Below are positions 11,468 through 43,040 of a stretch of DNA of 64,000 nt, one piece after another. The position numbers and the translations under genes were made by a program. The notes beneath the pieces are model-generated. The model was not told the origin of the DNA and ran no database searches. It was given only the letters and a program-made list of their open reading frames with translations. Positions within the stretch are counted from its first letter, which is position 1, and every line of letters begins with the position of its first letter. Origin of the DNA: Guillardia theta CCMP2712 (Eukaryota > Protista > Cryptophyta); assembly GCF_000315625.1 (NCBI RefSeq), contig NW_005434502.1, positions 35,682 to 99,681 of the forward strand, read 5' to 3'.

Positions 11468-14400
11468 GGAGCTAGAACCAAAATTTGAGCTAAAGCTAGA
11501 GCTAGAGCTCCAGCTCCAGCTCGAGCCAGAGCCAGAGCTAGAGCTAGAGCAAAACGTTAGAGCTAGAGCTAGAGCTAGAGCTAGAGCTAGAGCTAGAGCT
11601 AGAGCTAGAGCTAGAGCTAGAGCTAGAGCTAGAGCTAGAGCTAGAGCTAGAGCTAGAGCTAGAGCTAGAGCTAGAGCTAGAGCTAGAGCTAGAGCTAGAG
11701 CTAGAGCTAGAGCTAGAGCTAGAGCTAGAGCTAGAGCTAGAGCTAGAGCTAGAGCTAGAGCTAGAGCTAGAGCTAGAGCTAGAGCTAGAGCTAGAGCTAG
11801 AGCTAGAGCTAGAGCTAGAGCTAGAGCTAGAGCTAGAGCTAGAGCTAGAGCTAGAGCTAGAGCTAGAGCTAGAGCTAGAGCTAGAGCTAGAGCTAGAGCT
11901 AGAGCTAGAGCTAGAGCTAGAGCTAGAGCTAGAGCTAGAGCTAGAGCTAGAGCTAGAGCTAGAGCTAGAGCTAGAGCTAGAGCTAGAGCTAGAGCTAGAG
12001 CTAGAGCTAGAGCTAGAGCTAGAGCTAGAGCTAGAGCTGGAGCTAGAGCTAGAGCTAGAGCTAGAGCTAGAGCTAGAGCTAGAGCTAGAGCTAGAGCTAG
12101 AGCTAGAGCTAGAGCTAGAGCTAGAGCTCTAGAGCTAGAGCTAGAGCTAGAGCTAGAGCTAGAGCTAGAGCTAGAGCTAGAGCTAGAGCTAGAGCTAGAG
12201 CTAGAGCTAGAGCTAGAGCTAGAGCTAGAGCTAGAGCTAGAGCTAGAGCTAGAGCTAGAGCTAGAGCTAGAGCTAGAGCTAGAGCTAGAGCTAGAGCTAG
12301 AGCTAGAGCTAGAGCTAGAGCTAGAGCCAGAGCTAGAGCTAGAGCTAGAGCTAGAGCTAGAGCTAGAGCTAGAGCTAGAGCTAGAGCTAGAGCTAGAGCT
12401 AGAGCTAGAGCTAGAGCTAGAGCTAGAGCTAGCGCTAGAGCTAGAGCTAGAGCTAGAGCTAGAGCTAGAGCGAGAGCTAGAGCTAGAGCTAGAGCTAGAG
12501 CTAGAGCTAGAGCTAGAGCTAGAGCTAGAGCTAGAGCTAGCGCTAGAGCTAGAGCTAGAGCTAGAGCTAGAGCTAGAGCTAGAGCTAGAGCTAGAGCTAG
12601 AGCTAGAGCTAGAGCTAGAGCTAGCGCTAGAGCTAGAGCTAGAGCTAGAGCTAGAGCTAGAGCTAGAGCTAGAGCTAGAGCTAGAGCTAGAGCTAGAGCT
12701 AGAGCTAGAGCTAGAGCTAGAGCTAGAGCTAGCGCTAGAGCTAGAGCTAGAGCTAGAGCTAGAGCTAGAGCTAGAGCTAGAGCTAGAGCTAGAGCTAGAG
12801 CTAGAGCTAGAGCTAGAGCTAGAGCTAGAGCCAGAGCTAGAGCTAGAGCTAGAGCTAGCGCTAGAGCTAGAGCTAGAGCTAGAGCTAGAGCTAGAGCTAG
12901 AGCTAGAGCTAGAGCTAGCGCTAGAGCTAGAGCTAGAGCTAGAGCTAGAGCTAGAGCTAGAGCTAGAGCTAGAGCTAGAGCTAGAGCTAGAGCTAGCGCT
13001 AGAGCTAGAGCTAGAGCTAGAGCTAGAGCTAGAGCTAGCGCTAGAGCTAGAGCTAGAGCTAGAGCTAGAGCTGGAGCTAGCGCTAGCGCTAGAGCTAGAG
13101 CTAGAGCTAGAGCTAGCGCTAGAGCTAGAGCTAGAGCTAGAGCTAGAGCTAGAGCTAGAGCTAGAGCTCTAGAGCTAGAGCTAGAGCTAGAGCTAGAGCT
13201 AGAGCTAGAGCTAGAGCTAGAGCTAGAGCTAGCGCTAGAGCTAGAGCTAGAGCTAGAGCTAGAGCTAGAGCTAGCGCTAGAGCTAGAGCTAGAGCTAGAG
13301 CTAGAGCTGGNNNNNNNNNNNNNNNNNNNNNNNNNNNNNNNNNNNNNNNNNNNNNNNNNNNNNNNNNNNNNNNNNNNNNNNNNNNNNNNNNNNNNNNNNN
13401 NNNNNNNNNNNNNNNNNNNNNNNNNNNNNNNNNNNNNNNNNNNNNNNNNNNNNNNNNNNNNNNNNNNNNNNNNNNNNNNNNNNNNNNNNNNNNNNNNNNN
13501 NNNNNNNNNNNNNNNNNNNNNNNNNNNNNNNNNNNNNNNNNNNNNNNNNNNNNNNNNNNNNNNNNNNNNNNNNNNNNNNNNNNNNNNNNNNNNNNNNNNN
13601 NNNNNNNNNNAGCTAGAGCTAGAGCTAGAGCTAGAGCTAGAGCTAGAGCTAGAGCTAGAGCTAGAGCTAGAGCTAGAGCTAGAGCTAGAGCTAGCGCTAG
13701 AGCTAGAGCTAGAGCTAGAGCGAGAGCTAGAGCGAGAGCTAGAGCTAGAGCTAGAGCCAGAGCTAGAGCCAGAGCTAGAGCTAGAGCTAGAGCAAGAGCT
13801 AGAGCTAGAGCTAGAGCTAGAGCTAGAGCTAGAGCTAGAGCTAGAGCTAGAGCTAGAGCTAGAGCTAGAGCTAGAGCTAGAGCTAGAGCTAGAGCTAGAG
13901 CTAGCGCTAGAGCTAGAGCTAGAGCCAGAGCTAGAGCCGAGAGCTAGAGCCAGAGCTAGAGCTAGAGCTAGAGCTAGAGCTAGAGCTAGAGCTAGAGCTA
14001 GAGCTAGAGCTAGAGCTAGAGCTAGAGCTAGAGCTAGAGCGAGAGCTAGAGCTAGAGCTAGAGCTAGAGCTAGAGCTAGAGCGAGAGCTAGAGCTAGAGC
14101 TAGAGCTAGAGCCAGAGCTAGAGCTAGAGCTAGAGCCAGAGCTAGAGCTAGAGCTAGAGCTAGAGCTAGAGCTAGAGCTAGAGCTAGAGCTAGAGCTAGA
14201 GCTAGAGCTAGAGCTAGAGCTAGAGCTAGAGCTAGAGCTAGAGCTAGAGCTAGAGCTAGAGCTAGAGCTAGAGCTAGAGCTAGAGCTAGAGCTAGAGCTA
14301 GAGCTAGAGCTAGAGCTAGAGCTAGAGCTAGAGCTAGAGCTAGAGCTAGAGCTAGAGCTAGAGCTAGAGCTAGAGCTAGAGCTAGAGCTAGAGCTAGAGC

Positions 14401-14660
14401 TAGAGCTAGAGCTAGAGCTAGAGCTAGAGCTAGAGCTAGAGCTAGAGCTAGAGCTAGAGCTAGAGCTAGAGCTAGAGCTAGAGCTAGAGCGAGAGCCAGA
14501 GTCAGAGCCAGAACTAGAGCTAGAGCTAGAGCTAGAGCTAGAGCTAGAGCTAGAGCTAGAGCTAGAGCTAGAGCTAGAGCTAGAGCTAGAGCTGGAGCTA
14601 GAGCTGGAGCTGGAGCTAGCGCTAGCGCTAGTCAGAGTCAGAACTAGAGTCAGAGTCTGA
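11468..14660. repeat. (AGAGCT)n hexanucleotide satellite, at least ~2.9 kb sequenced, spanning a gap
   Basis: Directly visible, with occasional AGCGCT/AGAGCC variants and degenerate edges. Confidence 0.98.
13311..13610. other. Assembly gap (300 N) inside the satellite
   Basis: Run of N; the true array length is unknown. Confidence 1.
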
Positions 14661-15003
14661 GTCAGTTGCGATCAAATATGGCTGCGTGATTCGACTTGAT
14701 TCGAATCGATACATGTAAGGGAGGAAGTGATTTATTCGGTTTGAATCTTGTTTATCTTCAGTTGCTTCTGCAACCCCTCACCCTCAGGTACCCCTGGTTC
14801 TAAGAGACTTTCATTATACCAGGTACCGGGTTCATGGATTCCATCTGTGACCACCCCACTGTTTCCTGTAGTAGCATTGTTGTGACTTAACAAGGGGTCC
14901 CTTGTCCCCTCCCTGCTTGTGTCTCCTGCTCTCTTGCAGTCTGTCGTCACCCTTTCCTCTTCCACACCTCCATCGCTCTAAGTGAGCTACCCGACGACCT
15001 CTC

Positions 15004-15921
15004 ATGACCTCTTGTCCCGCATGCAGCACCGCTCTGCCTCCTGGCGCTCGCTTCTGCACTCACTGTTCATACTCACAAACTCGTTGTCCTTTCTGCAACG
15101 CACACCTCCCCGACCCATCTGGTGCCTGTCTCAACTGCAGGAGGGTCTCTCCTTCGGCATCACGCTCAGTCTCGTCGATGCCCGCGGCTGCGCCAATTAC
15201 TTCCGGCTACGCACAGCCCAACCAGCAAAGCTACTCCATGAATGTCGGAATGAACTTGGGCGTGCCACAAAGCATGCATCAGAACTTCAACTTCAACCAA
15301 GGAATGGCTATGACGCAGCATGCTTATAGGCAGCCGATGATCCAGCAGCAAGCCTTCCCCTTTGGTCTCCCAGGGTCTCAGGATTCAAACCTGCTTAAGA
15401 CTGCCGGCGCTGGCATCAACAGCATGCAGCCTAAAGCTTTTAAGCAGATGTCGAATCAAACCTTTGCAGGCCAGTCAGGTGCTCCAAAGAAGCTTGACTC
15501 TTCTCATATCAATCCATGGATCTTTGCGAACAATGGCAACGGGCTTGCTCTAAGCAGCCCGAAGGTTGTTACTGAAATTGTTCATCCCTGTCTTTCTGAC
15601 GTACTGACAGGCTCAAACGGTGAGCTCTCCATCGAACAGACACAATTCCAACGACAAGGTGAGGCGATTCATTAGCCCTGTAGAGACTCATCACGCTCAG
15701 CAGGACGACTCAAATGCCTTGGATGGTTTGTGTGTCATCTGCCTAGACAAGCAAGCGAAGATGGCGTGTGTACCTTGCGGGTGCGTGTTTACATGCTGCT
15801 CTTGACAGGCTACTCACAACTCAGCAGGCACAAGTGCTTGTGCGAAGATCACAGCGCGGGACTGAGAGCATGTCCCATCTGTCGGACAAACGTTCAGACT
15901 GTCCTGAAAATCTATGGATGA
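15004..15921 (+). CDS. Double-zinc-ribbon plus C-terminal C3HC4 RING (IAP/MDM2-type) putative E3 ubiquitin ligase (multi-exon)
   Basis: N-terminus CPAC..FCTHC..CPFC..CLNC. C-terminal exons read CVICLDKQAKMACVPCG | HKCLCEDHSAGLRACPICRTNVQTVLKIYG*. Confidence 0.8.
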
Positions 15922-16420
15922 AGCAGAGCTCTATCACTTTACTCAAAAGTTAGTTAAATCAGAACGAGGCTTGATCACTGTCGGCGCTACATGGACTGTT
16001 CGTATAGGTGCATTTGTAATTCTCTCCAACCTTCCTACCAATGTTCCTTGATCAATATAAAGGCAACTCGCTGCTAAACGTTGTGCGTCCTCCTTGATCG
16101 TCTGCATAGAGAAGGATCACAGAATGCTTGTTTTTATCTCTTACTGTTCTTCGTCTCCAGGCATATGAGCCTTTCTTTTTCAGTCAATAAAGGATTGGAA
16201 AAAAAAAAAAAGAATCTATAGCATCTCAATTTTTATCTTGATGCAACTTCGACTTGAGTTTACACCAAAATAAGAAGGGTCGCAAACGACTTGGTGTATT
16301 AGACTTGGTGTATTAGTTTCCGTGAGAAGCAGCAGGATTAAGATAGCTTGATAAAACAAAAATGCCGATAGCCATATACATCATCCAATTTGCGCACAAG
16401 CAGGTTGTATCAGTGACATT

Positions 16421-35600
<19,180 letters not shown>

Positions 35601-36273
35601 TCGTTGACCCGGTCAAGCGTTGAAGCTAGACAGGGGCATTTCTTTGAAACAATGACACGGAGAATCACAATTTTAGCTGTCTTTTGCTTTTGCATAATAT
35701 ACTCTTCGAGGCAAACTTGTTGTCTCCCTGTACCAACACAAAAAAATTTGTTACCACAAAATAAGCTTATGTGCGGATTGTACTGTAATTTTCAGCTTAT
35801 TTATTCTTGTAGTACTGTACATGCGTAAATCCAATCACCCACCCCCTCCTTGTACAGACTGCGCCACCCCTAGTAGGACATTTGTAGGGTCCTTCCCGCT
35901 TGAACTTGAAAATTCGAATGGAAGAACGAGAAGAGACGTCATGGAAGGAGAGTAGAGAGTAGTGAAGCTGAAGCAGCTGAAGGACAAGTATCAGTGCATG
36001 GAATAGAATAAATGGAAGAGTCTGGAAAAGTGAGATGAAACGATAGATGAAAGCCATAATGACATAACTTGATAGTGAAAACCGAAATCAGTAGATGCCA
36101 GAGTGTAGAGGGGCCGGGGTCGATGTGATGGAGGAGACCATTATGTGGTCGAATCATGCTCGACAATTGAAATGATGATTGATCTAAATTATTTTCAATC
36201 ATGTCAAATCAGATTTGGGTTGTTCGTATTTGCGAGCCTATACTAAAGCATTCTTATATACAGGATATCTCGA

Positions 36274-39200
36274 TGAATCCTTCACCATATTCTCGAAATG
36301 TTGAACAATTCGTATCGAAGATTCGGGGAAAACAGAAAAAGGAAAGAACATCAGATACAAGTGATAAATCTCGGAAGACTCGACAACCAGGCCATCAGGT
36401 AACTCTATTCATTGTGATGGTTAGTGAAGTGTGAAGCAACTTTCAAGGCCGAGGTTACATTGGTTGAAAATGTCGCTCCTGCAGATACCATAACAAGAAT
36501 GCATGATGGGCCGTCTTTAGATTTGACAAATTTCAGGAACAGTCATGCCAAATCATATCGGGAACTTTCCTGGAATAAGATTCGGAGCGAAAGGCTGTAT
36601 CTTGAAAGGAAACAGCTGGTATGAGGTGTGTTGCATCAATCTCTGATCTCATCAAACCCTTGTCAGCTTTGTGGTTGCTGTGGGTTTTGCATTTCCGTCG
36701 CTTCAACTGAGGAGGAATTGCCCAAGTTGCAATATCGCTTTGAGAGCCGATGCCCGATGATGTTCGTACAGGTTCTGCTTTAGCTTCACCTTCACCTGAT
36801 AATCTTTGATCATCATCGTAGGATAGTCGATTTATCTCAAGAAGCGAAGCCTTCAACTACCTACAAGCTCAAGGATGGAAGGCAGCCCAGATCGCAGAAT
36901 TTCTCAACGAATTGGAAGTGAATGATGTCGTTGGCGTTTCTCGAGAAGACCTTATCCGAGCATATGATCCCACCTTGAGAGAGTAAGTTTCTTCAATCTT
37001 GATGCTATCATGAATCACGTCCCTCTAGTCCAGATTTGCCAACAATCAAGAAATCAATATCCAACTTTCGTCATCAAAAGTATGTCGCTGTTAAGGTATC
37101 GTTGTCTCGCGCAGAGGCTAGGAAGGATGAAATCTTTCAATCAGTTTTACGGTACTCTGGCATATTCCGATAATATGTCGTCTCCAATAAGTTGGTATGA
37201 ACAAGCTTGTGCTCATCTTGGACTGAAGGGCAAGGTTCGAATAAATCAGACAGGATTTATCTTACTGGTACCGTGTTGCTATGTAATTTGCATGAGAGTC
37301 TCAAATCTTAGTTGCAGGTAGGGTTGACCTTGCATGATTCACCTGGCCAGGCTCAGAGGTCAAACTTCTCCAGCTCAGACTCCAGCAGAGGCAGAGCAGC
37401 TCACCACCGGCGCGTAGATGAATTGATGGATAGGAGCATGGGTGATGACGGTGTCTGCATCATTACCCTGCATGAATCGAAAGCTGAATTATTGAATTTG
37501 CACCAAGCCGACGTTGATGAGATTCTAAGCAAGGGAGAGAATATGGAACTAGTGAATTCTTCTTCGTCTCTGATAGAGAGAAAACGATCTCCGGACAGAT
37601 CTCCACAAAATCAGAGAATGAAGGTAATTACAGATGAAAGGAGATCAGCATTTTTGTCAAGTGCTGAACCAGCAACTCGACCAAAAGTGGATGTTTCAGT
37701 GCATTACTCAGAAGATATCAATTATCATTCACAACAAGTGGCAACGAACCCTAAGATTGAAACTCCCCCTAAAAAAACCGAAAGTCAACTCCCTGGAATG
37801 ATAAGTCCCCCAGGAACAGTTGCAACAGCTTTGTATCAATATGAAGCCCAGGAGGATGATGAGTTGAGCATCTTTACCGGGGAGATTTTGCATGTGATAT
37901 CAAAGCATGACGATGGCTGGCTACTTGTCCAGAATCAAAGTGGCTCTCTTGGTGTAATACCAGGAAATTATGTCAAGTTAGGACTCAAGAATGAAAAGAA
38001 AATTACCAACGAAACGGACGTAAGCAAATTGTCGAATGTTTACCGGAAACTGACTTAGGCCCTTCAGGAAATGAGTACTTTTGTACATTCCAAGGCTGTT
38101 CTTCCTCGTGCCGATACGTCTATTGCAACTCTTCTTGCTGAGACTGAAAAGTGCTCCAAAGAACTTGAGTCACACTTGAATTCGCTCTCGAAAGCTGTAT
38201 CAAAGCAATGGATCTCCACCAAAACGTTCTTGCCACATTTTCGGTCGTGCAGAAGGAACATTACTGACACGAAGACTTCTATTGCAGAGATCCGCAAAAT
38301 AATTGAAGAGAAGTCGAAAAGTACAGCACCGCAGAAGTTCAACAATCATTCAGGAATCTCTCTTTTCGAAGATTCTTCGGATTCATCATCCGATTCAGCG
38401 GAGCTTTGGCGGCCGCGATCCAGGTTTATTGCAGTCAGCAATGTTGTTGATTGATACTTTCATCCAGGGTCTTAGACCGAACTTCAAGATCTGTTCTGCG
38501 AGCATCAAAGATGATCGTGAATTCTTCAATCGATCGAAGTGGAGATTTATCTGAAGACTCAAACGATGATTTGTTGCCCGATCAAAACACGCTGATGCTG
38601 TCTCAGATCCCAAAATTAGATCTGGATCGAATTGAGAGACCGTCTCCTGCTTTTCGTAATTCGTCGACTGCTCAGAATGAGAGCTGGAGAGTTTATGTCC
38701 AACTTATTGACGCAGAAAATGTTTCGAGAAAAGATAACTTCTTTTCTGGATTGTTTTGTTGTGCTTCCCTGATGCTCTCGAACGATGGCCCGGAACTGGA
38801 TCTTCCAATCCAGCACAATGTTGGAGACATCACTGTGAACAGGTCCTTGTTCCAATTTGAGCTGGAATCTCAACAACGGAGCAAACCTATTTTTCGCAGC
38901 GCATCTCCAGTGTGGAATCAAGGATTCGTCTTTGCAGACACATACCCTAGCTTCAAGGTTATGCAAGCAACAGCCAGAGCAAATCGAGTCATCAAAGATA
39001 ATCTTCGAATTCCTATCGACGGCAGTGACCTCATCCTGTTTCTCACCTTGCACGACGTGGGCTCAGACAAGGCAGAAAGATACATCGGCAAGGCGATGAC
39101 ATCTATCCGGGTGGGGCAGCCTCAAGAGCTCAGCTTGAGAGTCAAGAGTCCATACGGAGAACCTCAGACAAACGACCACAACGCCCAGCCATCCATCCGA

Positions 39201-39275
39201 GTCAGAATAGCCTATGGTTCTTCCCTCCATAGCAAGCTTGGCCAGTCGGAAGCCCAACGAAACTTTGTAGCATGA
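36274..39275 (+). CDS. Multi-exon protein with SH3 and C2 domains (possible degenerate EF-hand pair near the N-terminus)
   Basis: SH3 in ORF 37312-38058: ATALYQYEAQEDDELSIFTGEILHVISKHDDGWLLV..GVIPGNYV. C2-like in ORF 38451-39275: WRVYVQLIDAENV..SPVWNQGFVF..LFLTLHD..YIGKA. The start codon and the joining of ORFs through introns are inferred. Confidence 0.7.
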
Positions 39276-39454
39276 ATAGAAGTAAACTGTGCTTGATCGG
39301 ACCTTGACTCTTGGCCGTCACATGATGCATGTCAGGCCGAGACTTGTCAGTGTGCCTCAAAACGTTTTTCACTGTAATGATTCTTGATGGTTTTTGGTCC
39401 TCGCAGATTTCGTCCCTGAGGCGGGTCAGCTTCTTGGCGACGGCTTGAAGAAAA

Positions 39455-41233
39455 ATGGCGGCAGCTGAGGTAAGGAAAAAGAGCGTTCACAATGAGGAGG
39501 GAGGAAGCAAGGAGTGATCGAGATGTTGATCGAATGCAGCCAGCAAGTTGCACGCTCTCCGTCACTTGTAACCATACCTTTCAGGCTAGAGCAGGAAAAA
39601 TGAAGCTGGCAAGTGGGATGCTACAGCCTGACGTGCGCAAGGGCTTGATCAGGTACAATTACACGGTGAACATCCTCGACCATTCGTAACTTGAGAAAAA
39701 GATTGTTTACCTCACCAGAAGATCAGCTCCTCCACTTCACCTGGACTTCAAGGTCTAATGGAGTCGGCAAGCGCTTTTGTTGGTCCCTGTGCTTGTAGTA
39801 AGATCGAAACAGTTGAGGATGATCGCATCTTGTTTCCTGGGGATGCTACATTCTCGTATGTAGAACAAGCTCGTAACAATCCAAAGAACAACAGGGTACA
39901 TGTTTCCAATCGAGCTCGCTCTTCAAATATATCTGATGGGCTCGTTCGCGCATGGCCAGGTGTACGTCCTCAAGTTCGTCGATTCAAACGAGAAGATGTT
40001 CTTTTGGATGCAGGAGCCAAATCCTGACAAGGTGTGACAAACTTGGGGTCGAGGTTATCCTGAATCTGAAAGTAGGACGGCGACTTTGTGAGACGAGTGA
40101 ATGCGAAGCTGAATCCGGATGGAGCCTCGCAAGAGGCATCTGTTGACTTGGGTCAAATGGACCAGCAGCAGCTTCTTTCTTTGCTCTCTGGAGAATCCCC
40201 AGCTCCCAATTTGAGCAACCCAGCAGCCGTAGAACCGCCGTCAGCAGATGTCGAAATGTCGGAGAATGTGAGTAGCTACTTGCATCGTTTCTCTCTCCGT
40301 TCTTCAAATGTTTGGCCTCGGAGTCGGTTGCCTCTTTCTTGAGGGATGCATCGTATTTGCGTGGGCGGTTGTATAACTCTTGCATTCTGAAGGACAATCA
40401 TAATTCTGCTGAAGCTCCAAATGTTCCCGACCATGCTTCAAACATCAACGCCCAACAGGTCATTTCAAATTCTACCTGCATTGCGTGATGTTAGGTTTAG
40501 AGTGGTGGGATCAGCTCGGCGAATCTCTCGCAGATTTTGTCAAGTCTTGGAAGTGGACAGCCTGCATCGGGACAGAATCTGAACCTCTCCAGCCTTGCAG
40601 CTGCTCAGGTGAGTCAACTTAGAGTGCTCACCGCCTGATTCGTTGAAGGCTGCAAATATGTACGCTGGTCCCAACTTGGAGGATGTTTTGGAGCCGAGAT
40701 CTGTTATTCAGGCCTTAGAGGACTGCCCCGATCTCAAGGCAGCGAGAGTCTTGTAATGAGGAAGAGCGCTAAGTTGAGGTGCAGGCAGCACTTCTCCAAG
40801 ATCTACCTGAAGCTGATCAGTCTACTCAAGGATTGCGAGAGGTTAAAATCAAGATTCGCTTCACAAACATAATCACTCGATTTGTACCACAGGTTCTGAG
40901 CAGCCCTCAGTTGGCGCAGGTGTCGACTCACAGTTTTGATGATGGAACAGTGGACGTCTCACAACGAATGACAGGCAATCGGCTTAATGGATCACGTGAT
41001 TCAGAGCGGCCAAGGAAATAATCTCATCGCATCTTTTGGGTACAAACCGGTAGGACAAGTTGAAGTGGAAGAATTCTAGTGGTTGTGACTCAGCGTTACA
41101 TAGGCTGAGGGCTTTGCGACAATGGGCCCTGCAGCTGTGAGAGTGTTTCTATAACGTTAATCATTTACGTATGTTGTAGGTGAAATCTTTGCTGGAACAG
41201 ATTCTTGCCAAGTCGAAGGAGAAACAAACTTAG
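39455..41233 (+). CDS. RPN13: Proteasomal ubiquitin receptor Rpn13/ADRM1 (multi-exon)
   Basis: Pru-domain exons: RAGKMK..QPDVRKGLI, QLLHFTW, VEDDRILFPGDATF, VYVLKF..KMFFWMQEP. C-terminal DEUBAD-like LEDVLEP..LLQDLPE..VLSSPQLAQ. Stop TAG at 41231-41233. Confidence 0.88.
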
Positions 41234-41430
41234 ATTTCGGAGTCATAGCAGCAAACTTAAGGTTGAAGCATTCCAATCTTGTCAAAGCTGAGACAAGTTC
41301 GACTTCTTGCTAGCCGATAAAGGGCTATATTCGTGCACCGACTCGCACAATGTCCCTCTGTCAAATACACAAAAATATTCAGATCTGAAGTATTACAATC
41401 ACTTTACGGTCGTGTACAGCACAAGAATGT

Positions 41431-42150
41431 CTACCAATCATATATTCCAGCTCCAAATCGACCTTGCTTCCTCCCCGCTGCTTGAGCGTTGACGTGAACA
41501 TCTGTTTTCAACCCCGAATGAGGACTACCTCCGTTTTGCCTTGACCACCCTGTCTGACCTTTCCAAGCAAATTTCGCCAGATCATTCTTGATTGAGCTGG
41601 TACCAGGAGGTTTCCCATGCTGACTGATGTCAGACTCTTCCTGCATTTCTGCTCGTTGGCGATGTGATGCCGAGCGCTTCCTTGCCTCCCTGTCAGCTTT
41701 GGCTTGCAAGGCCTTCCAATTCTCTCTGTTCACGACTTGATCGTCATTTTCATCGTTCTTGCCACGAAGCCTCGACCTTCCATGTCTATTTCGCCTCGGG
41801 TGATAGGCAGAGGAGCCTCTAAGTGCCTGCTGTTGTTTCTTTGCAGACGATGATGCTGATATGATCGCACCAGTCAGGAAAGCTGCACCAACTACTAGAA
41901 GCAGAAGGAGTAAGAATGGCAGCAAAAACTTCCTTCCATATCTCGCCCCAAATCCAGGAATATCAGGCACTTCTACGACCTCGTCAGAGGCTTGAAGTTT
42001 GCTCATTTGCCTCGTTATATCTGCTTTCCCATTGGCCATGCCGTAAGCCTTCTCCAAAGACGTATCTGCCTTGGGATCTTCAATTTTGGGCATTCCGAGC
42101 AATTGGCGGACATCGTCTTCAAACAAGCATTTCTTCCCTGCCCTCGACAT
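41431..42150 (-). CDS. Intronless 239-aa single-pass membrane protein, unknown function
   Basis: ATG-to-stop ORF with one hydrophobic segment (FLLPFLLLLLLVVGAAFLTGAII) and a basic C-terminal region. Confidence 0.65.
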   Translation of the reverse strand: MSRAGKKCLFEDDVRQLLGMPKIEDPKADTSLEKAYGMANGKADITRQMSKLQASDEVVEVPDIPGFGARYGRKFLLPFLLLLLLVVGAAFLTGAIISASSSAKKQQQALRGSSAYHPRRNRHGRSRLRGKNDENDDQVVNRENWKALQAKADREARKRSASHRQRAEMQEESDISQHGKPPGTSSIKNDLAKFAWKGQTGWSRQNGGSPHSGLKTDVHVNAQAAGRKQGRFGAGIYDW

Positions 42151-43040
42151 GGTTCAAGCTTTAAAATAATTGGTTGGATCTCAAACCAAATCCGACCTGA
42201 CACCAAGAACAAGTTTTTCCACAGGGATTATATCAAAAAACGCAAACGATGCACGCAGCTGTTGCTAATGATCTGGTTCCACCTCAATACGTATGCTGTT
42301 TAGATTTGGGTTGATTGCTGGATTTCAGTGCTCCCTCTCTCCTCCTCTCATTTCTTCTTTTCCCTCCATTGCAAATGCCACCTCACCGGACTTTTCCGTT
42401 ACAACAAGCCTCAAGCCGTTACGTCACTGAGTTGCCGAACTTTCATGGTCACACCGGGCGCCGGCCCGCTGTGCCCCGAGTCTGCCTCAGAGCTTTACAC
42501 AACGCCACGGTCTCCGCCTCAGATTTGTCGGCGCCTCCTCTACTACAATCCCACCACCACGTATTCCTCCTCCTCCTCCTCCTCCTCCTCCTCCTATCCT
42601 CTTTGTTCACTACCACCACCACATAATCCTCCTGGACTACTACCAGCACCACATACTCCTCCCCTCCTCCTCCTCCTCCTCCTCCACCACCACCACCACC
42701 ACCACATCCCCACCATCACATACTTCTTGTTCACCTCCTCCTCCTCCATCACCCCACCACCACCACCACCACCTCCTCCTCCTACTCCTCCTTTATCACT
42801 TCCATTTCGGCCATCACGCACCCTTCCTCCGTCTACTTAGTTCAGTATCTTCATGCCCGTTTGCTCACGCATTCCAACACACTTACAAACAAGACAGTTG
42901 TTTCCCAGTTCAGCTAGACTGTTGGATTGATCTTCTCTACGATGCAACACCTCTTCAATTATAGTTTGTTCTCATTTTCACACTTTCTGCAGATGCACTT
43001 GAAGATCAGAAAGAATTTTTAGACTTGTTGTTGTAGAAGG

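Noticed and set aside
11400-13172. 590-aa (RA)n/(EL)n ORF
   Set aside because: Translation of the (AGAGCT)n satellite.
40739-40784. Possible GC-AG intron in RPN13
   Set aside because: An in-phase GT donor at 40748 explains it equally well.
42315-42840. Pro/His-rich ORFs, also the PRP-repeat ORFs at 47566-47886 and GA-rich ORFs at 47901-48248
   Set aside because: Intergenic CCT/CAC/GA low-complexity tracts.
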